A DNA stretch of 64,000 nucleotides from Lytechinus pictus. Lineage: Eukaryota. Below, piece after piece: positions 1 to 13,500 of this stretch. The stretch is from assembly GCF_037042905.1 (NCBI RefSeq), contig NC_087245.1:22136001-22200000 (forward strand). The letters run 5' to 3'. Each line of letters begins with the position of its first letter. Positions within the stretch are counted from its first letter, which is position 1. Both the position numbers and the translations under genes were made by a program. The notes under the pieces are model-generated. The model had not been told where the DNA came from, did not search any database, and saw nothing but the letters and a program-made list of their open reading frames with translations.

Positions 1-1970
1 TTCTAGTGACTTCCTAAATTGCTTCCCAGTGGCAGATCTAAGATTTCTTAAGGCCCATAAATAAAATGATATTTTTTCCCAAAAATCTGACATGCAACAT
101 CAAATAAATGAAATATCTTGTATGTTAAATATTTCAATGACCTGCCCCACCCCCCCCCCCCCACTTCCTGGGTTCTATACTGCCATAGCCCGCCTACTGT
201 GTGGCAAGCACTTTTTTTCCTTTTGTCCTTTTCACAAAATATCCAACATCATTTACCTTCCAAGTTAGCACACTTCAATACCAAGAAAATGGGAATGGGT
301 GACCTTTGAATTTATTGAACTTTTTTTAAGATGAAGAAATATTCTGAATGTAAGATTTATCTGCAGGAGAGAATATCCCAACATAGTTGAGAAAATTTTA
401 TTAAATTTGGCTTTTTGCAATTTAAAACAAAATAAATTATTTATCTGGTCATGTAGGTTTGATTAAAATGTTAGTCTACCTATCCATGGCCTCTGATACT
501 CCCCCCCCCCCCCTTAGCTCTCTCCCAACTTCCCCCCCTCTCTCTCTCCCAACTTTTTCTGCCTGTCTCTATCTTTCCATCTCTCAATATCCTCTCTCTA
601 TCTTGTTTACTTCTGTCAAATGATATCTTATTGCTGCAATTTTTGCACTTGAGTTTACAATTTCAATACCGGTATCCATAAATAAATTCCAGTTTCAAAA
701 AGACATGCCTAAAAGACCCAAACAAATAAAATAAAATAGAAAAGTAAAAGAGAATTAAAAAAAAATCACTTTCACAATGGATAGGCACATAAAATTTCAA
801 TATGATAGTAAATTCTATTTTAATATCACTTCAATAGTATGTTTCAAACACATTTTGAAATTCCCCTTTGCTGATATAAGTTGTGTATACAAGCTGCATG
901 ACAAGTTGTAACAATTTGTAATGCTCAGATTCATACAGATTAGAAATGTTTTCAGAGACATTTTGAAATCATTCCATGTTGATTGTTCCTGTAGATTCAT
1001 ATTCTGGCCCACGTTCAGCTATGCATGCTTTCAACATTATAAACTTCCAGAGTTATTGCCTATTAGAGGTACATGTATGTCTAGTGAAGACTGGCAAAGA
1101 ATTAAATACATGTCGACATCTCTGAAGCATTGAATATCGTAACGTCCATGGTATTCACCCATTTCATAAAACCCACAAAGGGATACATCTCAAACAGAGT
1201 ATGACAAATCACATGGGTGTACAGATTCTATAATAACTGTCAATAGATTTGACTTCCACGATAAGAAACCACATCTAAATATATGATAGAGATATTAGGT
1301 TGTAATTTTCTGGCGAGTGATATTGATATCAATAACTTGTGGACGATGACTTTGCTCTCATAACACAAGTAGTATTATTTTGTGAAAAAATATGTCTGAA
1401 AATATGACCAGATTCGAAGATAAATGTAATTGGAAGATTTGAGGAGAAACCACAACTATGGTATGTTTGATACATCGTGAGACAACTGGTTATTTCTTCT
1501 ACTCAAACCACATGTAATTTAAATCAACAGAACGCAGCTATGGCTATCAGATTGTAATTTCTGGACTGTACTGTATTGATACCTAGTGCAAAATGACTTG
1601 GCTCTCACAACAGAAATTAAGGTCATTATATGAAATCATAAGAAGTATCGTTGATGATCAATATATTGGGCTGAGAGGATGAACAACATTTTGAAAAGTA
1701 CATATTTCCAATGTGGATGGCTTTCAGAGAAGGATGATAGTTATACAGATTCAAGAATATATCAATGAGGACCTGCTTTGACATCGCTTCAAATAAGAAG
1801 ATCACAGGCAAACAGAGCTCCATTTTTCTGAAATCCTTCTCGATACCCGGCTCGATACATCCCATGCAGCTTGCAAAAAATCACAGTTCAGGCAGATAAA
1901 GACTTTGATGTAGAGTTGATATCGACGATGTCCTTCTCTAAATTAAAAGACAAAAACAAAGCAGCTCTTA

Positions 1971-2121
1971 TCAATGGTGTCCATGGCCATCATCTTTGGA
2001 AAACATCTTCTCAAGGCCGACTGCAACGACAAACAGACTAGCTCCAATGGGCAGGCCTCGGAAGATGAACCTCCACCAAGGGATTGGTTTGAAGCAAGGT
2101 TGGTATCGCCACACCTCGTTC
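1971..2121 (-). CDS. NDUFB3: NDUFB3 coding exon 2
   Basis: Acceptor TTTCCAACAG|G; encodes NEVWRY...GHGHH and TGA at 1973-1971. Confidence 0.95.
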
Positions 2122-5100
2122 CTGTTGGAAAAGAAATAACAAAAACAAAATCAATAATAATGATGTAAAAAAAATGGTCCATGTATACTTGCACAGCTAT
2201 ATATGTATTCTGTCATTTCTGTGGCACTTATATACATGGTATAGTATTACCCCCAACTGTTGCTGATACTCTGTAAACTATTCAGTCATTCAGCACATGA
2301 TAACATTCTTTAGATCCACTGATCATATGGCATGGTGCCCCTTGTCTGCACATATGCATACACACACAATTCTAAGTAATCAAAGAAGACATGTAAATGA
2401 TCACAAACTTTGCATCTTCAATAAACAAGGATATTCCTTTAAAATTCTCCAGATGGTGACATATTTTTAATTTTCAGGGGTGGTATTCTGACTGAGATCC
2501 ATTTTATCTGCATAGCAATGGTTAGCTATACAATGGATACGTCTACACAGGCACTTTAGATACGCAAGATAAAAGTTCACCTAAGAAAAAATTTCATATT
2601 TTATCTGAGCGATAAAAAGTGATCTCAGAATACTAATTTACTTTTTAAAGATGCAATAAAATACTTTCAAGATAAATGGCCTCAGAATAACACCCCAGGA
2701 ATCTCATGTCAGACTAAAATTTAATATACACTCTCCATCATTACAACCCCTCTAAAATCATGTGTAAAATTAATGTGTGTGGAGGAATGGGGCAACATTT
2801 TCTCTTCTTTTCCAACAATGACGGGCTGCAGTTTGTAGTTAGAAATTCATAGGTTTTCTTTTTTCTCAAATTTTGTCTTGTTTATATTTTGTCATTACCA
2901 TATGTACAAAGGCTGTTTTGGTTTTGGTAACGTCAAATAGAGAAATCAAGAAACCATAGACCTCATGTCCATGTCGTGTGGTCGTCGGCGTGAACCCTTT
3001 TATTATTGACCAGAGCACTCAAAAAACGAAAATTAGCATATTTTTGCAGGGGGCATCTATTGGTGAAAGCACTTTCATACTGCACAACCACCCTGCCTGT
3101 TTGGTATCCACATGTAGATCTATGCAGTGTACAAAACACATTTGAAAAATATCACTTTTGTAACCAAAAATTCTCATTTCCATACAGTTGCAATTTATTT
3201 TTCATTATTAACTTAGGGATCATTTTTTTTATTCGCCAGAGCGCTCAAAAACTTGAATTTTGGGCATATTTTTGTGTAGGCCCTCTATTGGTGGAACGTA
3301 AAATTGCAAGAAAATTGTCATTCAACAATCTATGTTTAATTTAGAAAAATACAATAAAAAGAATTCAATTTACTTAAGAGTAAAGTTATACATAATAGTT
3401 GTAATAGACACTGACAGTGTCAAAAAAATAAAGCATTTGTCCCCAAGTCCAAGAACAAGAGAAAATAAGCCAAACATTGCCAACCTTCTTTTACCACTTG
3501 TTCAATTGAATGAGTGGGTAAAAGTCAGGATTGGAAAACCAAAAACTCTCTTTTTGATTAAAAAAATAAAAGATTTAATTTACTTTCAAGTCAAGTTTCT
3601 ATGATGAATAACTGTATTACTATTAGACACTGACAGTGTCAAAAAAGAAAGCAGTCTTAGTAGGCTAGGTAATGGCACTACATTTGTGCTGTAGACATGT
3701 GTCCGATTTGAGTGAACAATGTAGTTAAACTGAGCAACATCTTCACATTTACTGGCAGCCAAGTTGATTATCTATTGATGTGACATGTTTCCATGGCTCC
3801 TCTCAGAGGCTCACACAGTCCTAGGTCAGCATCAAGACTTCAAATGCCTATTTTTAGCCACTAGCACACACAGTACAGCCTTTAGTATAGGGATGCACCA
3901 ATCATACTAGATCAAAAGCTTCGGTCTCTGTTGTCTTGGTTGTTCCACTGAACTCTGTTGGCTCCACTCACCAATTACAGAGACCGAAGTTCTAACTCGA
4001 TCTGTACAGGGACTCAATACCCATATGTTTATGTATTAAATTCGGGAAGTTTATTTTTTCCTGTTTTGGTGCATTTCAGTCCAAAACGGAATAATCTTTA
4101 TTTTGGTCCAGTTCTTTTAATACATTTTTATGAAATAAAGACAAAAATCAATGAACCCCATCGGGGGGATTTTGCATTGTTAACCCCTTAATGGCGGCTA
4201 CACAATCGCGAGCCGTCTGTATACGAGGAGAAATAAAAAATTAAAAAATGTCAAAAAAAACTCCTCGAAACAGACGGCTGCCAGCTGTCTACAATCATAC
4301 ATGCATTTCCAGCACATTTTATGGAGTATTTAAACCTTATTTTTTACTATTTAGGAAATTTTGAGGTAAGTTTTGAGCAATGTCTGTGATAATAATACTA
4401 ACAAAGAATATATGAAGGTATTGCTTTTTAGTAGAAATGCTCTATTTTTTTTTTTTTTTGTCCTACCTACCCTTGTTGCCAAGTCAGAGAAAAATAAGCG
4501 AAGCATCGTCAACCTACCCACATTGACATTAATAGTCACAGTCACAGGGGGTACTTCTTCCTTCACAATCCAGCTAACTCATATTCTGAATTCGGGGATT
4601 TATTTCACATGACAGACGATTAGACAATAACAATTAGATAATAACTTTAAAATGCAGTTGAATCTCAAACAGTTTTACTTTATTAGACTACTCTGGCTCT
4701 ATGTACATGCACTCATTCAATGAACAAGTTTACGATATAACCTTGTTCTCTGTTAGTACTCGTGTGTGGCAAAATAAGTTTGGCAATGTTTGGCTTATAT
4801 CTCTTTTTATTTGGTACAAATGCATGATTGTTTGACTCTTGTCAGATTCTATTACAGCTAATTATCATATAACTTGGCTCTTAAGTAAATTTGATTCTTT
4901 TGATTACTTTTTCTAAATTAAAAATAAAGATTGAAAAAATTGTGTTTTTTTTTTTTCTAAACAAATTTTCGGCATTACTCCTATGTGTTTAAGATCGCAT
5001 GCTCGATCTGTAATGAAAATAATAAGTCAGAAAAAAATTGGAACCAGTGGGATTCGAACCTGTCATCTACTGCTTTCCGGGCAGCGACTTAACCACCAGG

Positions 5101-7508
5101 CTATTCTGGTTCACGGCTAAATCACGATGAACTGGAATACAAATACCCTCAATCCTCTTTTTTCTGACTAATTGATATGCAAATGCAGTCTGCCGTGGAC
5201 AATAAAAAGTAAATAAAGAGGCTTTAATAGGAGAAAATTATAATTTGTAAACAAATTTTTGGCATTACTCCTATGTGTTTAAGATCGCATGCTCGATCTG
5301 TAATGAAAATCATAAGTCAGAAAATATTGGAACCAGTGGGATTCGAACCTGCCATAGATCTACTGCTTTCCGGGCAGCGACTTAACCACCAGGCCACCGA
5401 AGGGTTCATTACATGCTGCCGTGCACAGAAAAATCAAGCCATAGAAGTCGTGTGTTGTGGACACCAGGGGAGAGTTTCATCAACATTTCTGTCCGACAAG
5501 TTGTCAGGTCTGACAATTTTCCTTGATTTTGATTGGCTGACAAGCACCGTTACTATGGTAACTGTCGGATAAAACAGGACATGTCGGATAAAACGTCCGA
5601 CAAGTGCTTTCATGAAACGCTCCCCTGAAGTGGGATCGCAGCACGCACGACCAACTAGTTAGAAATCCACTGCCAAACGTTGTTCATGGTGCAAGGTTAG
5701 TATACTAATAGTAACCTCGCAATACGTGTAAGTGCCACCAGGCTATTTAACTTCTGGTTTACAGCTTAATCACAATGTATGGTGATGTGACCTTAAATGA
5801 GAATGAAACTCTTGGAGCAAGTTAGCTTTTGTGAAAGCAGAAAAATCAAAGAATAAGATCAACAAAAGTTTGAGTAAAATAGGACTAGCAATAGAAGAGT
5901 TATGAGCATTTGAATATCGAGATCACTAATGCTATGGAGATCCTCCCATTGGCAATGCGACCAAGATCGATGATGTAACAGATGAACAACTCTCCCCTTT
6001 TGGACACTGAAAATATACCCCAAAACATCTATTTTTGCTCATTCTAATCATATGACAAACGATTCATCAATGATATAATGTTGTGAAACCTCTGTACTTG
6101 TGAAACCTCTGTACTCTCTCATAAAGAGAACACCTCACCTTGTGATAGACTCTGTAAAAGTGAGAATATAAGTGAAATAAGTACTAAAGTAATGAGGGAG
6201 TTGTACGTGTGTGACATCACAGATCTTGGTCGCATTGCCAATGGGAGGGTCTACATGGCATTAGTGATCTCAATATTCAAAATGCTCATAACTTTCTTAT
6301 TACTCATTCAATCTTCCTCAAACTTTCAACAATATGTTTCTTTGATTTTTCTCTTTGATATGGATTCAGCTGGTTTCAAGGGTTTCATTCTCCTTTAATT
6401 CGCGCATTACCTAATTTTGCGCATGGTCAAATATCTCTTTATCTAATTAATATCTTAAACAAGATGAATGCCTCTGGCCGTCTCACCTGCATCACGCGAT
6501 TCAATATAGCAGCATATAGCAGCACTATAACTCGCACAAGATGTTCAGTGATACTTGGTTACTCTTATTTCCACGTTTTATAAACTAGACCAATACACTT
6601 ATAGAGATATGATGGTAATTCAAAAAATACCCCCAACGTGGCCAAAGTTCATTGACCTTACATGACCTTTGACCTTGATCATGTGACCTGAAACCCACAC
6701 AGGATGTTCAGTGATACTTGATTACTCTTATGTCCAAGTTTCAAGAGAAAGATCCATCAACTTTCCAAGTTATGATGGTAATTCAACAGATACCCCCATT
6801 ATGGCCAAAGTTCATTGACCTTTGACCTTGGTCATGTGACCTAAAATGCGCACAGAATGTTCAGTGATACTTGATTACTCTTATGTCCAAGTTTTATGAA
6901 CTAGACCAACACACTTTCAAAGTTATGGCGGTAATTCAACAAATACCCCAATTTGACCAAAGTTCATTGACCCTAAATGACCTTTGACCTTGATCATGTG
7001 ACCTGAAACTTGCACAGGATGTTCAGTAATACTTGATTACTATTATGTCCAAGTTTCATGAATCAGATCCATAAACTTTTAAAGTTATGATGGTAAATCT
7101 ACAGATACCCCCAATTCGGCCAAAGTTCATTGACCCTAAATGACCATTGACCTTGGTCATGTGATGTGAAACTCATGCAGGATGTTCAGTGATACTTGAT
7201 TAACCTTATGTATAAGTTTCATGAACTAGGTCCATTTATTTTCTAAGTTATGATGACATTTCAAAAACTTAACCTTAGGTTAAGATTTTGATGCTGATTC
7301 CCCCAACATGGTCTAAGTTCATTGACCCTAAATGACCATTGACCATGGTCATGTGACATGAAACTCAGGCAGGATGTTCAGTAATACTTGATTAACCTTA
7401 TGGCCAAGTTTCATGAACTAGGACCATATACTTTCTAAGTTATGCTGTCATTTCAAAAACTTAACCTCAGGTTAAGATTTGGTGTTGACGCCGCCGCCGC
7501 CGCCGCCG

Positions 7509-7545
<37 letters not shown>

Positions 7546-10500
7546 CGGAAAAGCGGCGCCTATAGTCTCACTCTGCTATGCAGGTGAGACAAAAACTGAT
7601 ATCACCAACAGAAAGAGCGACCCAAAATTACTCAGTTTAATAATTTTCTTGAAGGTAAGGTCTCAGATTGTGAAAATATCGGCAAAACATCGGCAAATTT
7701 TGTTACCTTTTGCATCCGCTCCGAGAATATCTGATCTTTTCGACAAGCATCAAGAAATCGCCAGTTTGCAAGCAGAGGTCTCCAAATAAGTAAGTAAAAT
7801 GTGATTGCAACCGAATTTATGGCATTTTAACCTCCATCTGATATAATTATCTTACCTTTGTGTGCTTGATTTCTTTTCTAAAGCTTTGCAAAACGATCGT
7901 GCGCAAATTAAGGTCACACTTTTTATGACACATTCAGCCAAGTGCGCACTAGCCGATCGCCATGGAATTTTGAGATTGCTATACGAGCGAAACCCTTGAC
8001 CTACTTTATAATTCTGTCCAGCGAATTTGACTTTGGATCACGCCTTCCATCTGGTATTTATGATTTTGATTAATTTTGTATGAACTGTGGGAAATTTTTG
8101 ATTGAAAATCAACTTCATGATAATTTTTAAAATGTGTGCAAATTATGGTCACCCCATCATACTGGAAATCAAATACCCTCAATCCTCTTTTTTCTGACTT
8201 ATTGATATGCAAATGCAGTCCGCCGTGGACAATAGATAGTAAATAAAGAGGCTTTGATAGGAGGAAATTATAATTTGTAAACAAATTTTCGGCATTACTC
8301 CTATGTGTTTAAGTTCGCATGCTCGATATGTAATGAAAATCATAAGTATGGTCAGTTCCCCCATGTCTGCGCGGTCTCCCAAGTCTGCGCACCCGCGTAT
8401 CTGCGCGATTCTAGTAAAAGAAGATACGCAACGAGCAAGAACTTTACACATGCAATACATAGACAGGTATTCATAAAAAAATCTGACTCAAAATGGTGGA
8501 AAAATAATGAATTCAGGGCATTTCATGTGACGGCCTCAAAATGCAGCCTTTGTCATCAAAATCCCCGAATCGTGTGCAAAGTGAATGAGTGCGCAGACAT
8601 GGGGTACCGCACTTGTTCACTGCAACCACCCTGCCTGTGGGGAATCTACAGGTAGGACTATGGCATGCCAATGCTGCACAGAGCACACACTTTAAAAAAT
8701 CATTAAAATATAATTTTTGTGACCAAAATTACTTATTTCCATACAGTTGCAATTTATTTTTCATAAGTAACTTGGGAATAATTTTTGTATTCACTAGAGC
8801 ACTCAAAAACTTGAATTTTTGGCATATTTTTGTGTACGCCCTCTATTGGTGGAAAATAATATTGCAAGAAAATTTTCATTTTCTTATCTCTATTTTTAAT
8901 TTTAAAAAATAATTTAAAGAATCAAATTTACTTAAGGGCCAAGTTGTATGACAAATAGGTGTAATGGAAACTGTCAGTGTAAAAAAATAAAGCATTTGTC
9001 CCAAAGAAGAAGAGAAAATAAGCCAAACATTGCCATCCTTATTTTGCCACACATGGAGATATAACTGAGAACAAGGTTATATCATAACCTTGTTCATTGA
9101 ATGAGTGGGGTACCGTACCATTTTTTTTTTCAATCTGAAAATGACTGCCCAAGGTTTTTTCAAGAAAATCTTATATTTTCTTTCATTTTTTAATGAGAAA
9201 TTTGGTACACTTACTCTTAATAATATAAGGAACACTATTAACCAAAAGATTTTGTGAAATAAGAAGAAATTCATGTTAAATCTTAACTCAAATTGTTAGG
9301 TGCGCAGACTTGGGGCCCACCCAACGTTCTCGCCAGGTTCAGTTTCACGGTTGTCGGAGCGAAGCTCCGACGTGCCGCGCAGCGGCCTCGATGCGTGCGA
9401 CGCAAGCATAGGGGGGTGGGTGCGGGAGGGGGGATGTGCCCCCCTCCCGCGCGAAGCGCGGTTAGCTTTTGACATTATCCGTATCGAAGAGCTTATATTG
9501 CAGCTAAATGCATCACATTAACCACTTTGCTGCGGCGGATAAATGATTTTTTTCGGCGGCTTCGGCATTGAATTCTATCAGCTAATTACACACAGGTCAC
9601 AGCGCAATGTTGAACTGACAAACGAGCCGAGATTCTCGGCGAGTGGCGAGAGTTCGTGCCCCAACGTCTACCGAGCCTTGCCGTGGAATCCTGACCATGT
9701 GGCCGTCTATTCGATTGCGTTGGTGGAATATTTGTCAATTATTAAAATTGTAGGCTTATTACTGTTCCATGTCTCGTAATCTGCATCAATGAAGAATTAA
9801 AAAGTTATTCCTTGTTTGTAACCTTGTCCGTATTAGATGTAGATTTATCTCTCTAGTACTAAGTTAGTAGTAGCCCCTTTCCTTGCAAACCGCACAAGAA
9901 CCCTGCCGTTATCGTCAAAGACTTAGTGATAATCCTTCGATCGATCAAAAGGCGCAGCTAGCGCACAGGCGAAGGCTTCAAGATCTTTTTCATTAGCTAT
10001 TATTTTGCGTCTTTCGATTCAACTTTACAGTTGGATTGGACGCAGTTAATTTATAACAAATGGAATAATTATATGTATTACGAAATCGCATTTTAATGAT
10101 ATCACTCGTTATTAAAAGAAAATGGGAAATTCAAGAATCTACACCTTTGGTTTTCATGTTAAAACTGAGGAAGAAAGACTGAAAGAGAGTGAGAGCAAGA
10201 GAGACACTGAAAGGTCCGAACTTGATTAAAATGAGATCAACTTGATACTCACTCTGTCATGGGTCTTTCATAATCACAAAACACGATGCATACTCATTTA
10301 TTTTATGGGAAAGACTTACTGAATCGTATTTTTTGTCAAACATCTAGGTCTAACTTTTAACAAGAATACAAATCACAATTTGAGAAAAAGTAACGACTAA
10401 ATATGACCATAAATAGGTCTATGATATGACATAATCATGATCGAATACACCTCTCTTTTCCAAGTACCGCTGTTCATTCTGTGTGTCCTAAAAAGGCACT

Positions 10501-13500
10501 GACTGACAATAAATCCCTTATTCCCAAGGGCCTCATGAGCTTGACCACAGCCAAGGATTTTCACTGCGTAATCATGATTCGGATCATTCAATTAAGTAGG
10601 GCACGCGCCTTTGTTTACAAAACATGCCAAACATGATGCTTGTCTGCAAGTCTGCATATTCAGACTCTATTTTGCTTTGAATTTTCTCTAAATCCGCGAT
10701 TACAAGTTTTCTCAGGTTCTCATCTTTGAATCGAATCATTAGCGATATGTTGATTTAGATATACAAGTAAATTCAATATTACAGTTACAGGTTATTGGTT
10801 AACAGTACAGTGCAGCCGAATTGAAGATTAAAATTAAAGCAATTGCAAGTGTGCGTTATAGAGAAAGACTAATCACCAATTGAACGTGGTTACCAACCAA
10901 GGAAAGAAGAAGTGGTCCGATTTCTCCCCACGTGGACATCGTGGCAAATCCACATTCATGGCAAGTCTGCCCTTAGTTACGATGCCGGTGGCGCATGGAT
11001 GGTCAGTACCTATTCATACTTATTATCATCAACGGACCCATTTATCCCTATTTATTGACATGTTCATGATGTGATTCTATTTTGTATTTCTATTTTGTGG
11101 TAGTGCGGTATTTCTCATCGAAATCATCTTCAGGATTATATTACCGACCAAGGCAATGTATTTCATCGAACGAGCGAATTTCGAGAAATTGCATTCTAAC
11201 AACATTCCCTATTATGCGCGGGAATATGTCCTTAGAGAAGGGTAGGGGTTGCCTTCTGATTTTCCGAGTGAAAATTGGGAAGGAGGGAGAAAGAGAAAGA
11301 ATTGTAAGAAAAGTAGGAAAAACAGGAGAGGTTCGGGCGGGTCGTATTATTCTGATATCTCTATAATTCACAAAATACATTACAGAAAATCACATTGTCT
11401 TACGGCTATTGCCCCCTCCGCATTTCAAGTCAAATATCCTGGCACTCAATGCTCCTGCCCTGCCCCATTGAATTTCAATCAGAATATGGCAAAAACGGGA
11501 ATTTATCTTTTTTTTCTCAGAGTGATAAAACGGCTTATTATTGATTTTGTATTTGTTGTTTTTTTAACTGCAACTTTTGAGGATTTAATATTAACCAAGA
11601 ACGACTGGTTTAATAATAGTGTCCATCTGAAAACTAGATAAAGACTCAAGCATTGTTTTTGGTAAGAGAAAAATACAACCGCGTGTGGCGCCAGAACAGA
11701 ATTTAAAGATATTGATTTGTTCATTTCCGCTCTTTTACATGAAATTATATATCAATGAAGGAACTCCACAAAAAAGCGACATAGGCCATGATGTTACAAA
11801 GAAATATAAAACATGAATATCGGATACAATTATTATACAGACACAAATAGAATGCATTTACTACAATGATTTTGAACATGATGAAGGGGATAACATTAAT
11901 TATGTTTGGAAGAGGGGCGTGAGCCTGAACATCTTGTTGCTATTTAAGCACCGTCTCACTCTTAATCAGTTGGAAAGTTATAACGGCCTATGACTTGTAA
12001 GAGGCGCTCGCGAGTTTAAAAGGTTTAGCGGCACCCAAATCCCCCTTTTTTATATCAGAAACTGCCAATGAATTGCCTAAACCATGAAGGTAAAAAAAAA
12101 ACTGAAGCGTAGAATCTTGCTTTAATCTAAAATGTGGAGTGCTCATAATGATCATCTCATCAGGATTTCAGGTATGTGATAATGTCGTCATAATTTATAG
12201 CTGTGGTTATCGGGAGCGGGGACCCCCGAGTGTGACGTAAGTGCTTTTAAACGACCGGTTTCGCCCAATAGGCAATTTTCGCTTGCATGTTCGACGTGAT
12301 AACATATTCATTGGGCAATCCCGTAAACGATCCCCCATGATGTGGGATGAACTGAGATCTTAAGTGAAGTGATTTGTCATGGCTCAATCATAATTTATGT
12401 AATGGCTTGAGATGTCCGAAGAAGGGTCACTGGCCGAAGTAAGAATATGGAGGAAGGGGTGGCGGGACGTCAGAGAGTGTTTCGTGAATAGCAACGTAGG
12501 CCTAATTTTCATTATAACTACAAGTATAATTTATTGTCAACGAGTAAGAACAAGTTCTTATAGCTCCTTGGTTCTAGACATGTCTTTATGCATATTCATT
12601 GGGTTGGCAGATGATGACATATCCCCACTTGTTCTTATGTATTTTATTAAGGCGGCAATTGCCCTCACGAATACAATTTTTGAGCGAAGAGGAGAGAGGC
12701 CACTGCCGCCAAACACGAAGTCTCGTTAGAAAAAAAAGAAAAGGGGGAGAGACGGAGAGATATCCGCTCTGGGCGATATGCATGCAGCGCATGCTGCACA
12801 GTCATGACAGTGGGCCTTTCGAGCGAGTTGCACGCACGCTAAATAGTAAGGGCACTGATCGAGCGAAAAGCCAGTGAATGGAGAGAAGACGGAATTTAGG
12901 AGGGTTCTCTGCTCGAAACCGAAGCAGACTCAGTGGCGAGGCTCAAATTTCTGACAAGTATGTCTTAAAAACAAAACTTTCATGATGAATCTCGTTCATT
13001 TCAAAACTTAGTAATGACAATATCTAGCGTGTTTCACGGTTGTCGGTCAGGGTTGTCGGGGACATTCACGGTTGTCGGCCAAGGCTCACAAAACTTTCAC
13101 GGTTGTCGGCGGCCGACAAAGGTGACGCGTGTTGGCGAGAACGTTGGCGCCCACCATCATACTTGTAGATCTACATGACATAAAATACAGCGTATCGGAC
13201 CAGGATGAACTTGCTGCATGATTTTGAATAGACAGCTGGCAGCCGTCTGTTTCGAGGAGTTTTTTAACTTTTTTTTTTTTTTTTTTCTCCTCGTACCGTA
13301 CACAGACGGCTCGCTAGCGTGCAGCCACCATTAGGGGACTTGCAATGCAAAATCCCCCCCGTCGGGGCTCTTCAATTTTTGTCTTTAATGAATAAAAATT
13401 TTGAAAATTAAAGCGACCAAAATGCAAATTGATATTCCCTCTTGTCATTAATTGCCAAAAAACGGAGAAAAATCAAGTTAAAAGGAACAAAAACAGTGAC

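Noticed and set aside
1943..2194. Track ORFs over NDUFB3 exon 2
   Set aside because: Wrong frame or strand; the real frame is the spliced NEVWRY frame.
7442..7789. Poly-Ala ORF
   Set aside because: The (GCC)n tract of the HINE running into the host repeat.
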